Of a DNA stretch of 64,000 nucleotides, positions 9,080 to 19,327 are shown piece by piece. The notes under the pieces are model-generated. The model was not told the origin of the DNA. It searched no databases and saw nothing but the letters and a program-made list of their open reading frames with translations. Location of the stretch: NCBI GenBank assembly GCA_964618805.1, contig CAZUBM010000003.1, forward strand, positions 23,742 to 87,741, written 5' to 3'. Source of the DNA: an uncultured Nitrososphaerota archaeon (GTDB lineage: Archaea > Korarchaeota > Korarchaeia > Korarchaeales > Korarchaeaceae). Position 1 is the first letter of the stretch, and every line of letters starts with the position of its first letter. Position numbers and translations under genes: made by a program.

Positions 9080-9738
9080 AGCTGATAAAATTCCTTAACT
9101 AGTAGAGATATTAGCCTTTTAGGTAGGAAAACCGGCCTTTTTGTATACATCCTAATCAAGTGCTCGTGCTCCAGTCTGTAACCCATACAGTCCATAACTA
9201 TCAGATCTCGGTCTGCCAGACGTTTTAACTTCTGAGTAGGAGGTTTATTGCTTAGATAAGGGGACATTGTCACGATTCTAATGTCTTCAACGAACTTCCT
9301 CCACACACCTTCTATTTGACTCTTCTGACTTTTTAGTGGGATAATAAGGCCCAATTTTCCCTCTTTAGATAAAATAGACCCCACTGAGTTTCTCATAATC
9401 CTCCCGGGTTGAATCAAAGGTATTGGAGTAGAAGAGAGTTTAAAGGTGCCAGTACATAGGAGGATAGCAATTTCTGCCCCGGCTAGTTTGAGACGATTTA
9501 TCGCCTCACTGAGCAATGGACATAATTTTTTCTTTCCCATTATGACCTGCTGTCCGCTTCTTAACCTCGAGACCAAAACTTCATCCCCTTCTTCAGGTCT
9601 TAGCTTCGCTATGTGCTCAGCCGATAAGCCATCAAGAGCTCCTGCCTCTATCTTCCTTATATCAGGAAATTGAGGCAATATTTCCTCAAGGATATCGTGT
9701 CTAGGGCTTTGACCTATTGTAAGGAAACCTACTTTCAA
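9076..9738 (-). CDS. AroM family protein
   Basis: TIGQSPRxD, EAGALDGL, LVSRLRSG, LLCTG, SPY, MDCMGY. Confidence 0.85.
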   Translation of the reverse strand: MKVGFLTIGQSPRHDILEEILPQFPDIRKIEAGALDGLSAEHIAKLRPEEGDEVLVSRLRSGQQVIMGKKKLCPLLSEAINRLKLAGAEIAILLCTGTFKLSSTPIPLIQPGRIMRNSVGSILSKEGKLGLIIPLKSQKSQIEGVWRKFVEDIRIVTMSPYLSNKPPTQKLKRLADRDLIVMDCMGYRLEHEHLIRMYTKRPVFLPKRLISLLVKEFYQL

Positions 9739-9822
9739 ATGAATCCCTCATTAAGGAATCTTTATTTCAAAAAACTTTCCTAGTGCAAAGTTTGTATTGC
9801 CTTAACAGCATGATGTGCGTCT

Positions 9823-10395
9823 TTATTGAAGGTTTAACCTTCTAGCTGCTGGACAGGGCAGAGGCCTCCCAAAAATCGAGCTTCTTAAAAATGATACGCA
9901 ATCTTTGTAGCCGCAAAGGCCACAGTCCGTCCAAAGAGGGAAATATGGTGCTTTATCAAGCAAGAGTTCTGGGATCTCTTCAGGAGGATAGAAAGAGATG
10001 TTTTTGATGTTAAGGCTCTTTTGAAGAGATGTCAGTCCGATGGTCCATTCATCTATCAGTTTCAACGCTTCCTCTTCATTCCTTGCCACTACTATCCTAG
10101 GAAGAGGTTGCCTTTTGAAACCCTCTAATAGGAGGAAATCACAACTTAATATAGTTGAGAGATCTTTAAGCCTCAGCCTTCTATCGAAGACAGTTAACGA
10201 GATTTCTGGGCCAAGAACAACAACTACTTTTGCGCCTGATTTTATGAACCGGGCCTCATGTTTCTTAATCTCTATTTCCTCTGCGCTCTTAACCACACAA
10301 GTTTTTAAACCTCTCTTAGAGAAGTCCTTTATTATCTGAGAAATTAAACTGCTCTTTCCTGATCCAGAAAACCCAGATATGGTTATGAACCTCAT
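9823..10395 (-). CDS. mobB: MobB with C-terminal Fe-S motif
   Basis: GFSGSGKS, LLEGFK, DCGLCGYKDC..CP. Confidence 0.8.
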   Translation of the reverse strand: MRFITISGFSGSGKSSLISQIIKDFSKRGLKTCVVKSAEEIEIKKHEARFIKSGAKVVVVLGPEISLTVFDRRLRLKDLSTILSCDFLLLEGFKRQPLPRIVVARNEEEALKLIDEWTIGLTSLQKSLNIKNISFYPPEEIPELLLDKAPYFPLWTDCGLCGYKDCVSFLRSSIFGRPLPCPAARRLNLQ

Positions 10396-10463
10396 ATCTT
10401 CAAGATCCTCTTAGCAAGAGGGTGCTTCATATAATAGAAAAAGTTTAAGGGAGGGATGTCTGT

Positions 10464-12167
10464 CTATTGAAGTTTTAGAAATGGAGCATATGTTTTTCTG
10501 TAAATCTCTGAAGAAGTTAGTGCCTCTACATTCCTCTTATATTTAATCGCATCTCCTACCTTGTCCTTACCGAACATCTTGGCATAGTCTTCCAAAGATA
10601 TAGAGTGATTTTTCATGATGTAGTCCCTGTAAATGTCTGGAAGAACGTTGTAGGTGCAGAACGGGATTATTCTACCATCAGGAGAGAGATAATGTATGTT
10701 ACACCTCATCACCCTTTGAATGTCATAATTGTAAGTATCCATGAAGTGCATCATGCCAAGGAACAGGGACATATCATGGAACTTTCCTAGGGCATCATAA
10801 TTTCTTCTTATGAAGATATCTGCAAGTAATCTTATGAGATTTAATCCTTTAGGCTGCTTCTTTCTATTTATGAAGCCTGGTAGCTTTGCTATAAGCTTGG
10901 CCAGTATCCACTTTTTGTTAGCTCCCGACTTCAATTCTTCCGTCTTCTCCTTCAAGTATTCATACAAACTTGCTACATCAACGAAATCAGTAATTGGTAT
11001 GAGTCTCTTCAATTTCTTCTGTCCATCAACTACTTCTAGCTCGGGGAAGACGTAGGTAGCAGCTCCACATGCAGGATGGTTTGAGAAACGTATTACTGGT
11101 TTTCCTGTCAAAGCCTCTATGAAGTCGCTCAAAACTGTTGAGAATGGAATTGGATACCATGCATCCATTGGTATTTGCCCATTTGTCTGCTCTTCTATGG
11201 CTTTTATGACTTCAGGTATCGTTATGCGGATTTCTTTCCTCTTTTCCCTGGGAACCTGGCCTACTATGGAAACTGGTTGGAAGTTTACCCCTCTAATGAC
11301 ATCTAGATTTAAAGACGCGAATTCTATGATTCTTCCGAGCTCATGGTCGTTCCATCCCTTTATTACAGTAGGCACGAGAACTATACTCGTAGTCTTGGTT
11401 TTTCTTGCATTTTCCAAGATATATGGTATTTCCCAGTGATTCTTTACGTTTATTTTGGGATCTACAGCATCAAAACTTAAGTATAGAGTGTTAACTCCTG
11501 CTTTCCTTAAGTCAGCCATCAGTTGTAGGTTATAGGCAAGCCTTATCCCGTTGGTGTTTAGTTGAACATGCGTTATTCCCTCTTCTCTTAATATCTTGAC
11601 GATCTCAACGAGATCTTCTCTTAGCAGTGGTTCGCCTCCTGTTATTTGAACCGCATTTGGTATGACTGGGCGTTGACTTCTTAGAACTCTTATCATCTCT
11701 CTAATCTCCTCTATGGTTGGTTCATATACATATCCAGCTTTCTCTGCATAGAAGAAGCAGTACCAGCACGAGAAATCACATCTATTTGTTACAACCAGAT
11801 TAGCAAGGGCAGTTGAGTTTCTATGCATGGAGCATAGACCGCAACTGAATGGACATGGGGCCCTAGCTTCTACATTTTTAGAGACCCTAACTCCTACAGT
11901 TTCGTATCTCAGGGCTCGTCGCAAATACTCAGCATCTGCCCAATAAGATTCTTCGATTTCACCGTGATCAGGGCAGATTCTTCTTATGAAAGCCTTTCCT
12001 TCCCTCTCAAATATAATGGCTGGTAACAGTCTGTAACATATGGGGCATATTGATGCCGTCTTTCTAATCAGCTGCTCTCCTTCCCTTAATTTTGGGAAAG
12101 GACCACCTATCTTGATGGATTTACCGCTAACTATTATCAGGGGCTCTGCAGACTGTTCTTGTTCCAT
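10464..12167 (-). CDS. tes: Tetraether lipid synthase Tes (GDGT-MAS, radical SAM)
   Basis: SICPIC..CPDHG rubredoxin-like site, CPFSCGLC, NRCDFSCWYCF, NHPACG, RCNIHY..PFCTYN. Confidence 0.9.
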   Translation of the reverse strand: MEQEQSAEPLIIVSGKSIKIGGPFPKLREGEQLIRKTASICPICYRLLPAIIFEREGKAFIRRICPDHGEIEESYWADAEYLRRALRYETVGVRVSKNVEARAPCPFSCGLCSMHRNSTALANLVVTNRCDFSCWYCFFYAEKAGYVYEPTIEEIREMIRVLRSQRPVIPNAVQITGGEPLLREDLVEIVKILREEGITHVQLNTNGIRLAYNLQLMADLRKAGVNTLYLSFDAVDPKINVKNHWEIPYILENARKTKTTSIVLVPTVIKGWNDHELGRIIEFASLNLDVIRGVNFQPVSIVGQVPREKRKEIRITIPEVIKAIEEQTNGQIPMDAWYPIPFSTVLSDFIEALTGKPVIRFSNHPACGAATYVFPELEVVDGQKKLKRLIPITDFVDVASLYEYLKEKTEELKSGANKKWILAKLIAKLPGFINRKKQPKGLNLIRLLADIFIRRNYDALGKFHDMSLFLGMMHFMDTYNYDIQRVMRCNIHYLSPDGRIIPFCTYNVLPDIYRDYIMKNHSISLEDYAKMFGKDKVGDAIKYKRNVEALTSSEIYRKTYAPFLKLQ

Positions 12168-12304
12168 ATTTAGACCCCCATCAAACCTTGGAAGATTAAC
12201 ACTGTGCTTCTATAAAAAAGTAGAACATTTTTACATTGGAAATATTCAATTCAGCAATGCTGCTTAGATTTTAAGGCATTCAAATGAGAAGGGAGTTGGT
12301 TTGA

Positions 12305-13030
12305 TTGATTAAGCAAGAAGATATCCGATTAATGGCGCTAGCACTTCAATTGGCTCTTGGATTGAAATCAGAGGAGTTACCAGCTATTGAGGATTTGGAG
12401 AAAGAAAGACAGGATTTATCAGCGGTTTTTGAAAAGAAAAGTTTTAAGGACGCGTTCTCAAGTATAACGGTTCGATCTCTCAGGAAATGGCTTGCTATCA
12501 TACTGATAGCTGCCCAGGTCGATTTCAAAACACTTTCAGCGATGGCCTCTGGTACAAAGGAGGAAAAGATCCTTGCTGCCTGTGCTTCTTTCCTGAGGAA
12601 GGATCCCTCCTTGTTACCCCTCTTCAGATCAATAATTGAGGAATCTGATGAAGATCTATTCCTGGCAACCCTTCTCCTATTGATGAGCGCTGTTCAGGAG
12701 TATTCAAATGGCAAGTTGATAGATGAGATTGAGAAGTGGCTTGAATGGCCTGATGTGCAGGTGAGGATTTCAGCTGTAAAGCTCTTGTCGAATCTCGGAT
12801 CTAGAATGCCAGATTTCTCAGAAAAGGTTTTAGAGGACCTTTTAGAAGCCTTCGAGAAGGATCCAAACAAGAGGGTGAGGGAGTCGATAGCAACTCAACT
12901 TGGGATTCTAGCGATGGAGAATCCCTCTCTCAAAAGTAGATCTTATTCCGCTCTTCTATCAATGTTTAGGAAGGAAAGGTCTGCAAAAGTAAGAAAGGCT
13001 ATCTTAGATTCTTTGCTGACTCTGACCTAA
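12305..13030 (+). CDS. HEAT-repeat protein
   Basis: Repeated DxxVRxSAxxxL units (PDVQVRISA, PNKRVRESI, SAKVRKAI). Confidence 0.65.
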   Translation: MIKQEDIRLMALALQLALGLKSEELPAIEDLEKERQDLSAVFEKKSFKDAFSSITVRSLRKWLAIILIAAQVDFKTLSAMASGTKEEKILAACASFLRKDPSLLPLFRSIIEESDEDLFLATLLLLMSAVQEYSNGKLIDEIEKWLEWPDVQVRISAVKLLSNLGSRMPDFSEKVLEDLLEAFEKDPNKRVRESIATQLGILAMENPSLKSRSYSALLSMFRKERSAKVRKAILDSLLTLT

Positions 13031-13086
13031 AATAAGCACTAATGTGGAAACTTAATATTTTTGAAAATAGGGAAATTGCAATCGGG

Positions 13087-13758
13087 ATGGCTAAGATAAC
13101 TTGGTTAGGTCATGCTGCCTTCCTCCTAGAAGCAGAGGGTAAGAGAATAGCTTTTGATCCTTGGATAGAGGGCAATCCTAAATGTCCAATATCGCTGAAA
13201 GATTTTGAAGGGGCCCACATATACGCAGTTTCTCATTCCCATGCAGATCACGGTTTAAACGATGCAATAAGGCTCTCTAAGGAGAAAGGAGGCGTCATAG
13301 TTGGGATCTTTGAGCTTGCTAACTATGCAACCGAAAAGGGAGCAAGGGCTGTAGGGGCTAATATAGGCGGCTTTTTTGACGTTGAAGGCGTAGAAATAGC
13401 TCTAACAGAGGCCGTCCACAGCTCAGATATTGGGAGTCCCGTAGGATTTCTCGTTAGAATAGGAGGTAGGACCTTTTACTATGCAGGAGATACTGGTCTT
13501 TTTGGAGGAATGAGTTTAATAGGTGAACTGTACTCCCCCGAGGTTTGCATGCTGCCTATAGGAGGATATTACACGATGGATCCTGTCCAGGCCTCTTTAG
13601 CTGTTAAGATTCTCAAATCGAAGGTTGTAGCTCCAATGCATTGGGGAACATTTCCTGTGCTTAAGGGAACTCCAGAAGCTTTGGAGGAAGAAATTAGAAA
13701 GCTTGGCATTCAGGTTCGAGTTTTAAAGTTAAGACCGGGAGAGGCAGTAGAGATCTAG
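13087..13758 (+). CDS. Metallo-beta-lactamase fold hydrolase (UPF0173-like)
   Basis: ITWLGHA, DPW, SHSHADH, AVHSS, AGDT, LPIGG, PMHW. Confidence 0.88.
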   Translation: MAKITWLGHAAFLLEAEGKRIAFDPWIEGNPKCPISLKDFEGAHIYAVSHSHADHGLNDAIRLSKEKGGVIVGIFELANYATEKGARAVGANIGGFFDVEGVEIALTEAVHSSDIGSPVGFLVRIGGRTFYYAGDTGLFGGMSLIGELYSPEVCMLPIGGYYTMDPVQASLAVKILKSKVVAPMHWGTFPVLKGTPEALEEEIRKLGIQVRVLKLRPGEAVEI

Positions 13759-13765
13759 TCCAACC

Positions 13766-14632
13766 TTAATCTGTAATACCATATAATTCCTTTCTTTTTG
13801 CCTCAAGGAAATCTGGTCTCTGTCCCAAGAATTCGGCCGCTGTTTCAACACAGATACCCTCTTTCCTGGCAGCTTCAATAACAGGTCTTATCTTTTCCAT
13901 CCACTCCAAGTCCCTAACTAAGTGATGGTCAATTATTACCTCCCATGGTCTGACTTGATCTAATATGTTTAGAAGAAGTTCGTTTGCTTTTGAGAGGATT
14001 TCAAGAGGCTCTCTCCAGCCTATAAAAAGGGTAGCTGGCCCATCGATTATGAGCAACTCTGGCCTCTCTCTAATTATCCACTTGGCAGTTGGAGGATAAC
14101 TCGGTCCACCTATATCGCTTGAGAAAAGGATTTTTTGCCCTCCTGATTCGACTAAACACATTAGGACAAACCCTAGCTTTGTTCCCTCCCTGCCATGCGG
14201 AAATGGTTGCGAGAATTTTATTCTGGTCCTACCGAAAGAGAACTCTCTTCCATCTGCTATCTCTATTCTAGCTGGCTTTCCTTCTATTTTGGATAGAAGC
14301 TCATAAGCTCTATTTCTCTGATTTTCATTTATCCAGCTTTCAGGATCTTTCAGCAGCAAGACCTTGCCCTGATACATTTCTGGAAAGTCCCTTAGGTAAT
14401 GATCGAAGTGGTAGTGAGTTATTACTAATACATCAGCGTCTTTAGCAGCTTCCTTTATCTTCTTTTTGTGTTCTTTGAGTCTTTCCTTTTCTATAGGGTG
14501 TGGAGGAAGCCCGTATCTTGATGGACCCAAGGCAGCACCAGGATCTATCAGGATTCTGAGATCTGCCGTCTCGACTAGCGTAGCCATGCTCCTCGTTCCT
14601 AAGCTGTCAAAGGCGAGGGGTAGAATCTTCAA
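13766..14632 (-). CDS. MBL-fold protein (UPF0282-like)
   Basis: DSLGTRSMA, IDPGAALGP.R, THYHFDH, PHG, SSD, DHHLVRD. Confidence 0.85.
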   Translation of the reverse strand: MKILPLAFDSLGTRSMATLVETADLRILIDPGAALGPSRYGLPPHPIEKERLKEHKKKIKEAAKDADVLVITHYHFDHYLRDFPEMYQGKVLLLKDPESWINENQRNRAYELLSKIEGKPARIEIADGREFSFGRTRIKFSQPFPHGREGTKLGFVLMCLVESGGQKILFSSDIGGPSYPPTAKWIIRERPELLIIDGPATLFIGWREPLEILSKANELLLNILDQVRPWEVIIDHHLVRDLEWMEKIRPVIEAARKEGICVETAAEFLGQRPDFLEAKRKELYGITD

Positions 14633-14675
14633 TTCAAATCTATGGTAGGATAATCCAAGAAAAATTTGAACCTTT

Positions 14676-16025
14676 TTAAGGGGTCAAGTCCCATCGACCG
14701 CTTTCAGTTGAGATATGACAAGGTCCACTGACTTCTCTTCTTGCTAACAACTCTATAACCTTTCCGATTAAATAATTACTCCTCGCTCCGACTATTTCTA
14801 CCCTATAGAAACTTCCAAGCTCAACCTCTTGCTCTATTAAGACCGGCCTATAGAAACCAGTTCTCCCCTGGGCCTTCTCCCTGTATTTCTCTGTGATCAA
14901 TACATAGAACTCCTTTCCAACAAGCTTTTCATTTCTTCTAAGTTTTATTTGGGCGCAGAGCTCACTAACAATTCTGCTTCTTTCCTTTACAATTTTTGTG
15001 GGGAGTTTCTTCATTTTTGCTGCCTCAGTACCTGGCCTTGGACCGAACTTGCTGATATTAACGACTTCTGGTTTTACGTCCTTTATTAGGGAGACAGTTT
15101 GCTCGAAGTCCTCCTCACTCTCCCCTGGAAATCCAACAATTATGTCCGTAGCTATTGTGCTGATTGGATATCTCTCCCTTATTCGTCTTACAATTTCTAA
15201 GAAGTCTTTAGAACTGTACCCTCTTTTCATTAGCCTCAACACTTTGTCACTTCCACTTTGAACGGGCATGTGGAAGAACTTGTAGATTCTTCGGTCGGAA
15301 AATGACTCAAGAAGCTCATCGATAATTGCCTTTACGCCCATGGGGTTCATCATCCCTACTCTTACTCTAAATTCGCCTTTTATCTCTTTAATTGCCTTAA
15401 GAAGCTTGGCTATGTTTGTTCCTATATCCCATCCATAGACTCCCAAATCTTGGCCTGTTAGATAAATCTCCTTAAATCCTTCAACAACATAACCCCTTAT
15501 TACCCTTGCAATTGAGTCTGGTGGGTAGCTCTTAAGCCTTCCTCTTGCAAATCTTGTTATGCAATAAGTGCATTGTCCTAGGCACCCTTCTGCCACAGGT
15601 ATGGCAGCTGAAACTTTAGAAAAAGGAACCCTTTTCATTTCGGCTTTGTTAATCGAAAGATCTTCTACTATCTCAATGCCTCTTTTTCCTTCCAGAACCT
15701 CCTTGGCCACATTAGATATTATACTAATCGACTTAGGCCCTATCAGAGCAGCTGCATATCTTCTAATAAGAGCTGGCTGAGTGGCTGCCATGCAACCAGC
15801 TATTATAAGAGGCTTGTTAAGTAAGGAAAGAGTCTTAGCTCTACTCAACATTCTCTGTTCCGTTGGTTGCTTCACGTTACACGTATTTAGTATGAGAAGG
15901 TCGGCTTCTTCTGGAGAACTTGTTATTTCAAAGTTGGATTCCTTCAGAATTCTGAAAATAGCCTCTGAGTCAGCTCTGTTCATCGTACAGCCATGCGTCT
16001 CAAGATAGATTTTTGGCTTGACCAT
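14676..16025 (-). CDS. mtaB: tRNA t6A37 methylthiotransferase (archaeal MtaB/CDKAL1 type)
   Basis: THGCTMN, NTCNVK, AGC, GCLGQCTYC, C-terminal TRAM domain. Confidence 0.9.
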   Translation of the reverse strand: MVKPKIYLETHGCTMNRADSEAIFRILKESNFEITSSPEEADLLILNTCNVKQPTEQRMLSRAKTLSLLNKPLIIAGCMAATQPALIRRYAAALIGPKSISIISNVAKEVLEGKRGIEIVEDLSINKAEMKRVPFSKVSAAIPVAEGCLGQCTYCITRFARGRLKSYPPDSIARVIRGYVVEGFKEIYLTGQDLGVYGWDIGTNIAKLLKAIKEIKGEFRVRVGMMNPMGVKAIIDELLESFSDRRIYKFFHMPVQSGSDKVLRLMKRGYSSKDFLEIVRRIRERYPISTIATDIIVGFPGESEEDFEQTVSLIKDVKPEVVNISKFGPRPGTEAAKMKKLPTKIVKERSRIVSELCAQIKLRRNEKLVGKEFYVLITEKYREKAQGRTGFYRPVLIEQEVELGSFYRVEIVGARSNYLIGKVIELLARREVSGPCHISTESGRWDLTP

Positions 16026-16055
16026 AGATCCACTCAGCCCTATAAAGGAACTTTA

Positions 16056-16367
16056 TTACTCCCCTTCGGACTCTCCTAGAGTACTTACACCATCTAAACT
16101 AGCTACATTTCCGCCATACCGTCTTATGGTTTCTTTGATTATATCAAGGTCCAGGCTGTCCCCAACTGTGACGAGCCTCAGCCTCTCGATGTTGGAATCA
16201 TAGTCCTTAACATCTATATCAACCCTTTTCACGCCGTTTAGCCTTGCAATAGCCTCTGATAACTCTACAATGTCCGGTTTGTGAGGTTTAACGACGTCAA
16301 ACACCAAACGAGTGATTGAAATTTTCTTATTCGAATCCTCCTTTGAATTGGAGGAAAGGCCCAGCAA
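16056..16367 (-). CDS. DUF211 family protein
   Basis: RLVFDVVKPHKP..GV..GxxLDxxxIxxxIxxxGGxVxSLD. Confidence 0.8.
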   Translation of the reverse strand: MLGLSSNSKEDSNKKISITRLVFDVVKPHKPDIVELSEAIARLNGVKRVDIDVKDYDSNIERLRLVTVGDSLDLDIIKETIRRYGGNVASLDGVSTLGESEGE

Positions 16368-16478
16368 GATCTCTCAGTTCCTCCCTTCATTTAGCGATGA
16401 TCTGTGAAGTATTAAATCTTTTGTTTTCGAGTTCTTCCCTGAACAGATCGGGATCCTTCTAAAACCTATCTTTACAAA

Positions 16479-16832
16479 TCATTTTTCTTCACTTTCCTCT
16501 TCAAGAGAACGCAGTGTTAAGAAAAGGCGAGAAATTATCTTATTAACGCTTTTATGTCTTCCTCCTCTAAGATTTATGAGGAAAAGATCTCTTTCAAACC
16601 CCTTCGGTAATCTCAGATCTCGATAAAAGGATGCGATGATGCGTATTCTCCTCGCCCTGCAGTACTTGCATATCTCCTCGAAATTTCTGACATCTTTCAT
16701 CGCTGAATTCGGCTGCCAAACTGCGCCGTATCCCATGATGTTTAGCCTCTTTTGGATCTTATAGTATAATTCTCTAGGAACTGTTCTGTCGAAGAAGAAA
16801 AGTGTCCTGTATCTTGGACGTTCTTTACGCAA
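16479..16832 (-). CDS. Hypothetical, possibly degenerate PIN-like (DUF5615-type) domain
   Basis: FFFDRTVPR N-terminal strand and RIIASFYRDL resemble hhhDENh..hhTxDxDF with acidic residues lost. Confidence 0.4.
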   Translation of the reverse strand: MRKERPRYRTLFFFDRTVPRELYYKIQKRLNIMGYGAVWQPNSAMKDVRNFEEICKYCRARRIRIIASFYRDLRLPKGFERDLFLINLRGGRHKSVNKIISRLFLTLRSLEEESEEK

Positions 16833-17643
16833 GCTTCTCTCCTCTCAGAGCATCTTTTGTCCTGATCACCCTTACATTAAGGTTCTCTAGCAATTCAACT
16901 ATTTCTCTCCTTTTCTCCCCCTTAATTCCCTTCCAGTCAAGTATCGCAACTCTGGCCTTAGTTACGCTTCTATTTATCGCCTTCCTGAGCATATCCAAAT
17001 CTAAGTACTTTGTGTCAAGCTTTCTTATGAAATGGCCTATAGCATATTCAGAAGTCAGCTCTAACCTAGTGAACTTGGGGTTCAAGTGAAGTCCCCCAAT
17101 CGCGATTGCTGGCGTGAATTTTTGTTCCCTCCTTGTGCTAAGAGCTTCAACCACTGAAAGGACTACCGCCTTACAAGCTCTGATATCTTTCCAGTTCTCT
17201 TCGCTGCTACCTACTTCAACAAAAGCCATCGGAACGTCTAATGAGGGACCGTGATGCGTTGGTTCAAGGGCTATGGGATAACCTATTCCCTCGGCTCTGC
17301 TCCTAACCGCTCTTAAGAAATTTTTCATGAAAAATGGCATCGCAATACTTATTTTCCTATCTTCTCCTCCATAAATAGCTGGCCCAAAATTCCCAGGCAC
17401 ATGGGTAGTTATTATAGGTCCCCCAGGAGTTCCGCTATGCCTTGACAGGACGATAATTGCATCTGATCCCTCTCCTTCAAGATCCTTTGGTTCTTTTGCA
17501 TAAAGAGCCTCTCCTTCTACCTTTCTAAGGAAGATTTCACACTCGCCTACCCTAAACTCTTCACCAAACTCGCTTTTAAGGAGCGAGTACATGTTTTTCG
17601 CGGCCATATCCTTTAGAGAGGCAACTAGGACGATTGATCTCAA
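16825..17643 (-). CDS. dtdA: D-aminoacyl-tRNA deacylase (archaeal DTD2)
   Basis: SRHS, THVPGNF, EPTHHGP, FVEVGS, GGLH, DWK. Confidence 0.9.
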   Translation of the reverse strand: MRSIVLVASLKDMAAKNMYSLLKSEFGEEFRVGECEIFLRKVEGEALYAKEPKDLEGEGSDAIIVLSRHSGTPGGPIITTHVPGNFGPAIYGGEDRKISIAMPFFMKNFLRAVRSRAEGIGYPIALEPTHHGPSLDVPMAFVEVGSSEENWKDIRACKAVVLSVVEALSTRREQKFTPAIAIGGLHLNPKFTRLELTSEYAIGHFIRKLDTKYLDLDMLRKAINRSVTKARVAILDWKGIKGEKRREIVELLENLNVRVIRTKDALRGEKLA

Positions 17644-17736
17644 CCTTTTAGGTTTTGATTGATTAAAGAATAAAAAGAGTTCTAAGGGCGTGTTAAGCGC
17701 TCCTCCCTCCTTTAAGTATCTTATTAGTTTAGCGTT

Positions 17737-18540
17737 CTATGGTTCTAGTTCTTTGGCTCTATCCCAATACTCGAGAATCCTCTCCTTTGAATAGAGTAGA
17801 TATGCTGGATCCTCTACGTGAGGCTCTATCGTAATGGTCTCATTGTAATCCAAGAACTTAAGCAATCCTAACGCCAAGTTCCAGTCTAGCTTTCCCGCTC
17901 CTACCGGAAGATGCAAGTCCAGTTGTCCATTGTTATCATGTGCATGGACGTGTACTATTTTGGATCCTAAGTGTCTTATGTAGGCTTTAAGTTTCTCACT
18001 CCCCCCGAGCCAAGCATGGCCCAAGTCTAAGGTTAGCCTAAGCTCAGGGACGCTCGAAAATATGAAGTTCATGGAAGATATCGAAGTGAAGGCCCCTGTA
18101 TCAGTGTTTTCTAAACATATGGTAACGGAATGTTCTCTACCAAGCTTTATAAGCTCACTAAACGCATTTAAATTGAGCTTTTTGGCACTTTCTTTGAGAA
18201 CAGCTAGCCATTTTGGGGAAAAGGGGTGAAATGTAACTATCTTGGCATCTAACTTCCTTGCCAGGTTTAATATCTTTTCTGCCTCTTTTATTGCCCCTAC
18301 TCTTACCATTTCATAAGGAGATGCGATTTCTAAGTACCAAGGGGCATGAATTAAAGGAGGAATGTCGAAAGAAGTTAATAAATCACTTAATTCGGCTTTG
18401 ACTCCTTCAAGGACTTCAACGGTCGAAAGAGGCCATTCCACAGTTAGTTCAATGAATTGAAAGCCCATTTCAAGAACTTTCCTTATTTCCTCTAGCACGT
18501 TGTTTAGAGGGTTATTCATGCAGCCTAATTTCGGTTCCAT
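17737..18540 (-). CDS. Sugar phosphate isomerase/epimerase (AP endonuclease 2 TIM barrel)
   Basis: IHAP, TFHP, LEN, LDLGH, HVHAHDN..DLHLPVG, TIE. Confidence 0.85.
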   Translation of the reverse strand: MEPKLGCMNNPLNNVLEEIRKVLEMGFQFIELTVEWPLSTVEVLEGVKAELSDLLTSFDIPPLIHAPWYLEIASPYEMVRVGAIKEAEKILNLARKLDAKIVTFHPFSPKWLAVLKESAKKLNLNAFSELIKLGREHSVTICLENTDTGAFTSISSMNFIFSSVPELRLTLDLGHAWLGGSEKLKAYIRHLGSKIVHVHAHDNNGQLDLHLPVGAGKLDWNLALGLLKFLDYNETITIEPHVEDPAYLLYSKERILEYWDRAKELEP

Positions 18541-18883
18541 ATTCCACATCTTTACGAAGAAAAAGACTAATTTAAACATGTGAAAGGATTAAATCGTTAA
18601 ATCGAACTGGAAATGAGGTAAGTGATCTCTTAGAAGAGATCTCAATGGATTAGTAAACATAGATAGAGGAGAAGTTTTGACTTTCACGAATAATCGCTAA
18701 GAGCCTTATTAATGTGTAATCGATATGAAAATGTCTCTATCATTAGGATCGATGTATATGTCGATATGATTTCCTAAGGGATTTCCAGCATAAATATTGG
18801 TCCATTTTATGACGTAAAATGCTATTGTAAAGACACTGTACCTTACGCAAACTATAATAATCTAAAAAGAAAATAATGTGACT

Positions 18884-19007
18884 GGGCCCGTAGCTCAGTA
18901 GGATTAGAGCGCCGGCCTTCGGAAAGTCTGCGTCTAAAACCGCAGATATTAGAGATTTTCTACTTGAAGAAAGCCGGTGGTCGCGGGTTCGAGTCCCGCC
19001 GGGCCCG
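18884..19007 (+). tRNA. tRNA-Arg(TCG) with 49-nt intron at 37/38 (18923-18971)
   Basis: GGGCCCGTAGCTCAGTAGGATTAGAGCGCCGGCCTTCGG-[intron]-AGCCGGTGGTCGCGGGTTCGAGTCCCGCCGGGCCCG; canonical BHB (CTTC/GAAG central helix, AAGT/ACTT outer helix). Confidence 0.95.
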
Positions 19008-19064
19008 TCTTTTTAGAAAAAAGACCTCTGAAAAAATGTAGCTAGTCTTAGATGCTAGCATGAT

Positions 19065-19080
19065 AAAAAATAAAAAAAGG
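19065..19080 (-). terminator. Oligo-T terminator of histone gene
   Basis: A-tracts on + strand (T-tracts on -) just past the histone stop. Confidence 0.5.
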
Positions 19081-19096
19081 AAGAGGAGGGCAGATT

Positions 19097-19327
19097 TTAC
19101 CTGCCCAAGATTGCCTCTACTGCGAGCTCGATGTCTCTGTCGGTAACGGTCTTTCTTCTTGCGTGATGAGCCATGTCAACGGCCTGCTTGGCCACTCTCA
19201 TGCCGAACTTCTCCATATGATAGGCAAGGGTGCTTCTAGCGGCGTTGCTGACTCTTTCTGCACCTGCTTCCTTAATCATCCTGTATATCGGAGCTAGAGG
19301 CAGAAACCTCACTGGTTTGGATGGCAT
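19097..19327 (-). CDS. Archaeal histone (HMf family)
   Basis: LPLAPIYRMIKEAGAERVS..A..A.HARRKTVTDRDIELA. Confidence 0.95.
   Translation of the reverse strand: MPSKPVRFLPLAPIYRMIKEAGAERVSNAARSTLAYHMEKFGMRVAKQAVDMAHHARRKTVTDRDIELAVEAILGR

Noticed and set aside
16479-16832. PIN-like ORF as a VapC toxin of a TA pair
   Set aside because: Catalytic acidic residues appear lost, there is no antitoxin-like neighbour, and it is translationally coupled to dtdA.
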